Origin: Chiloscyllium plagiosum
Lineage: Eukaryota
Direction: 5' to 3'
DNA length: 45,426 nucleotides
Assembly (NCBI RefSeq): GCF_004010195.1
Contig: NC_057717.1
Span: 102,979,676-103,025,101 of the forward strand
Shown: positions 41,796-45,426 of the stretch, one piece after another
Layout of the letters: each line of letters starts with the position of its first letter
Position numbering within the stretch: the stretch's first letter is position 1
Program-made: the position numbers and the translations under genes
The notes under the pieces: generated by a model
Database searches by the model: none
What the model saw: only the letters and a program-made list of their open reading frames with translations
Told to the model about the DNA's origin: nothing

Positions 41796-42089
41796 CGACA
41801 ATTTGTTCAGATTTTACTGAAGGTTAGAAGGGAATAGGATGATGGCTGTCAATTGATTAATTGATGTCTAGATGTACAAGGTGGGTAGAGCTGGGACTGG
41901 GTGTGTGAAAGCTGCTGGACTGGTGTTGTCAATATAATCTTTGCACCGAGCACATCTTTGATTAGAATCATGTAAGGCTCTGAGTTATGTGGGTTTGGTA
42001 AAATTTGTGGCAGAATTAGATGGGGAGCCCAGCGAGGCCTATATCAATTTTGGGAAAATCTCGCCCCATCTTTTGACAAGTGTCACACG

Positions 42090-42535
42090 TAGAAACATAG
42101 CAGACAGGAGCAGGAGGAAGGCCATTCGGCCCTTCAAGCCTGCTCTGCCGTTCATCACGATCACCCAACCCAATAGCCTAATCCTGCTTTCTCCGCATAA
42201 CCTTTGATCCCATTCTCCCCAAGTGCTATATCTAGCCGCCTCTTGAATACATTCAATGTTTTGGCGTCAACTCCTTCCTGTGGTAATGAATTCCACAGGC
42301 TCACCACTCTTTGGGTGAAGAAATGCCTCCTCAGCTCTGTCCTAAATAGTCCTCCCTGAATCCTCAGAGTGTAACCCCTGGTTCCACCCACCATTGGGAA
42401 TGTCCTCCCTGCATCTACCCTGTCTAGTCCTGTTAGAATTCTATATGTCTCTCTGAAATCTCCTCCTCACTCGTCTGAACTCGAGTGAAAACAATCCTAA
42501 CCTAGTCAATCCCTCCTCATGCGTCAGTCCCGCCA
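42090..42535 (-). mobile_element. CR1 LINE 3' end
   Basis: ORF 42161-42394: TRGYTLRIQGGLFRTELRRHFFTQRVVSLWNSLPQ...FKRRLDIAL...GIKGY. Confidence 0.9.
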
Positions 42536-42539
42536 AGGT

Positions 42540-42750
42540 GAGTTTGTTGCTAGGCAGCAGCTGCTAATTAGGAGGAGATTATTGCTTGTTAAACACCTTG
42601 TTAATGAGATGCCTTATTAATATTAATGTTAATACTCTTACCAAATCTGTTAGATGTTGTAAAATCCTGGGCTGGAAGTCTGATTGGGTATCTGCTGACT
42701 TCAGCTCACTACTGCCTACTAATGGCTTCCTTGTTACCTAGAACTGTACA
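42540..42750. promoter_or_regulatory. Unique island, candidate enhancer/CNE
   Basis: CAGCTG, CTAATTAG, TAAACA, TTAATG, ATTAATATTAAT palindrome. Confidence 0.3.
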
Positions 42751-42759
42751 GCTTAAAAT

Positions 42760-44205
42760 ATGTCCATATTGCAGAGGAGGAAGTGCTATGTGTCTTGAAA
42801 TGCATTAAAGTGGATAAATCCCCAGAACCTGATCAAGTGTACCCTAGAATACTGTGGAAAGCTAGAGAAGTGATTGCTGGACCCCTTGCTGAGGTATTTG
42901 TATCATCGATAGTCACAGGTGAGATGCTGGAAGACTGGAGGTTGGCAAACGTGGTGCCACTATTTAAGAAAGGTGGTAAGGAAAAGCCAGGGAATTATAG
43001 ACCAGTCAGCCTGACGTTGGTGGTGGTCAAGTTGTTGGAGGGAATCCTGAGAGACATGTACATGTATTTGGAAACGCAAGGACTGATTAGGGATAGTCAT
43101 CATGGCTTTGTGCGTGGGAAATCATGTCTCACAAACTTGGTTGAGTCTTCTGAAGAATTAACAAAGAGGATTGATGAGGGCAGAGTGTTCAATGTGATCT
43201 ATATGGACTTCAATAAGGTGTTTGACAAGGTTCCCCATGGGAGACTGGGTTAGTGAGGTTATATCTCATGGAATACAGGGAGAACTAGCCATTTGGATAC
43301 AGAACTGACTCGAAGGTAGAAGACAGACGGTGTTGATGGAAGGTTTTTTTTCAGACTGGAGGCCTGTGACCAGTGGAGTGCCACAAGGATTGATGCTGGG
43401 TCCACTACTTTTTGTCATTTATATAAATGATTTAAATGTGAATACAGGAGGTATAGTTAGTAAGTTTGCAAAACTGGAGGTGCAGTGGACAGCGAAGAAG
43501 GTTACCTCAGATTACAATGGGATCTTGACCAGATGGGCCAATGGGCTGAAGAGTGGCAAATGGAGTTTAATTTAGGTAAATGTGAGGTGCTGCATTTTGG
43601 GAGAGTAAATCTTAGCAGGACATAAACAGTTAATGGTAAGGTTCTAGGGAGTGTTGCTGAACAAAGAGACCTTGGAGTGCAGGTTCATAGCTCCTTGAAT
43701 GTAGAGTTGTAGATAGATAGGATAGTGAAGGAGGCATTTGGTATGCTTTCCTTTATTGGTCAGAGTATTGAGTACAGGAGTTGGCAGGTCATGTTGCAGC
43801 TGTACAGGACATTGGTTAGGCCACTGTTGGAATATTGTGTGCAATTCTGGTCTCCTTCCTATTGGAAGGATGTTGTGAAACTTGAAAGGGTTCAGAAAAG
43901 ATTTACAAGGGTTTTGCCAGGGTTGGACGATTTGAGCCATAGGGAGAGGTTGAAAAGGCTGGGGCTGTTTTCCCTGGAGCATCGGAGACTGAGGGGTGAT
44001 TTTATAGAGTTTATAAAATCATGAGGGGCATGGATAGGATAAATAGACATATCTTTTCCCTTGGGGGTTGGGGGTGGGGGGGCGTTTCCAAAACTAGAGG
44101 GCATAGGTATAGGGTGAGAGGGGAAAGATATAAAAGGGACCTAAGGGCAACTTTTTCACACAGAGAGTGGTACGTGTATGGAATGAGCTGACAGAGGAAG
44201 TGCTA
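42760..44205 (+). mobile_element. CR1/HER1 LINE ORF2 (RT domain to C-terminus), pseudogenised, ~1.45 kb
   Basis: [73 protein letters not shown]; stops and frameshifts; catalytic DD deleted (SKFAK). Confidence 0.95.
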
Positions 44206-44422
44206 GACCACAGTCCTGTCTACTCTCAGTCAGTGATCCCAGAACTGTCCCTCACACACAGTCCCATGCACAGTTCAGGGGACAGTCCTGCCCTGTACAG
44301 CTCAGGGAGTGGACTCCCTTCTGTCTGTAGGGCCAGCTTCATCAGGTAGGAGGATTGTGTCATGTCTGGAGGGTGCTTGTCGGTATCAGTCAGAGGTCTG
44401 GGAGTGAATATGGTCCTGGGGA

Positions 44423-44657
44423 CCATCCATCTATCCCTCCCTCCTTCCATCCCTCCTTCCTTCACTCCATCCATTCATCCATCCTTCCCTCCATCCATTC
44501 ATCCATCCTTCCCTCCATCACTCCCTCGATCCCTCCTTCCATTCATTCATCCCTCCATTCCTCCCTTTATCTCTTCATCCATTCATCCATCCCTCCACTC
44601 CTCCTTCCATCCTTCCATCTCCCCATCCATTCATTCTTCCATCCCTCCATCCTTCCA
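44423..44657. repeat. (TCCA/TCCC/TTCA)n pyrimidine-rich tetranucleotide tract
   Basis: About 235 bp with a single G on the plus strand. Confidence 0.95.
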
Positions 44658-45426
44658 CTGATGGGGTCCACTACAAGCTGCATTCCCTGCCATTCCTTGC
44701 TGTTCTCGAGCTGAGAAAGACACTGGAAAATGGCTGGGACAGTGTGCAGGGTGGATTATGCTCAGTGTCAGTTTGATTGGTGAAAGTACAATGGCCGTGT
44801 CTGCTGGACTTTAGGACATAGAAGGAACAAATACATAAAGCACGTGTTTCTAAACTCTGGTTCCATGTCATTTCCAAACATTTCTTAACACATATGCAGA
44901 GTAAACGTGCAGATGGTGAAATGTTCGTCAAAGGCAGATTGCAGGGTGCTACTGATGCTCTGTAAACTCACATTGACATCTCAGTGATGGGGAAGTTAGT
45001 GGCAATAACTTAAAAGGAGACAAATTCTGGTCAAAAGCTCCCCATTATTGGGGGAACTTGGAAGAGTGCTGTTGGACAGGGGAAACATTGCTGCATCATC
45101 AGTCAAGTATGATGATGGATGTGATGGAAAATGGAATAGCTGAGGTGAGTCTGCAATGGGAAGGGGGTCAGAGTACTGCAGGAATTCTCCCTTTTGGATG
45201 TAATGTGTCAATCACTCAGCCAGGGTGGCACCTTCACTGATTTGGTGCCCAAGCCGTGACCAGCCCCGTGGTGGAGCAGACGATGGAGCTGCTGAAGTTC
45301 TGGTTCCAAGGCTTGGAGCAGTCTTGGAGGGGAGGGGCCCTCCAGTGTAATCCAGGCACAGTGTGCCACCCCATCCTGGTGAGCTGGCCTCTGAATTATT
45401 GGATCAGTCAGTGAGGTGATGGGATA

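Noticed and set aside
42783..44024. Reverse-transcriptase ORFs as a functional or domesticated gene
   Set aside because: CR1 ORF2 broken by stops and frameshifts, with the catalytic DD deleted.
44226..44714. Pro/Ser/His-rich ORFs
   Set aside because: Translations of the TCCA-type repeat.

Overview
Eukaryotic, repeat-dense non-coding DNA, almost certainly from an elasmobranch (shark) genome: the SINEs look like HE1/V-SINE and SacSINE1/DeuSINE, alongside CR1(HER1)-type LINEs. Family names come from my recall of consensus sequences, not from a search, and repeat boundaries are approximate unless a TSD is quoted. There is no complete protein-coding gene; nearly all supplied ORFs lie in repeats, low-complexity DNA or the 500-N gap (11223-11722). 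The window holds many CR1, L2, RTE and Tx1 LINE remnants, four SINE types, a Gypsy-like solo LTR (plus a partial second copy), a Tc1/mariner-type MITE, several enhancer-like unique islands, and one plausible minus-strand exon (22727-22869) of an unidentified host gene. The main signal is a dense set of Penelope-like (PLE) remnants and short TSD-flanked modules carrying minimal hammerhead-ribozyme cores (CTGANGA-stem II-GAAA-palindrome). They belong to at least five sequence families whose helix I and helix II differ in sequence but still pair. Many are fold-back inverted duplications whose junction sits at the ribozyme core. Hammerheads in PLEs are known; this population of tiny non-autonomous modules and its junction pattern is the part worth testing for novelty.
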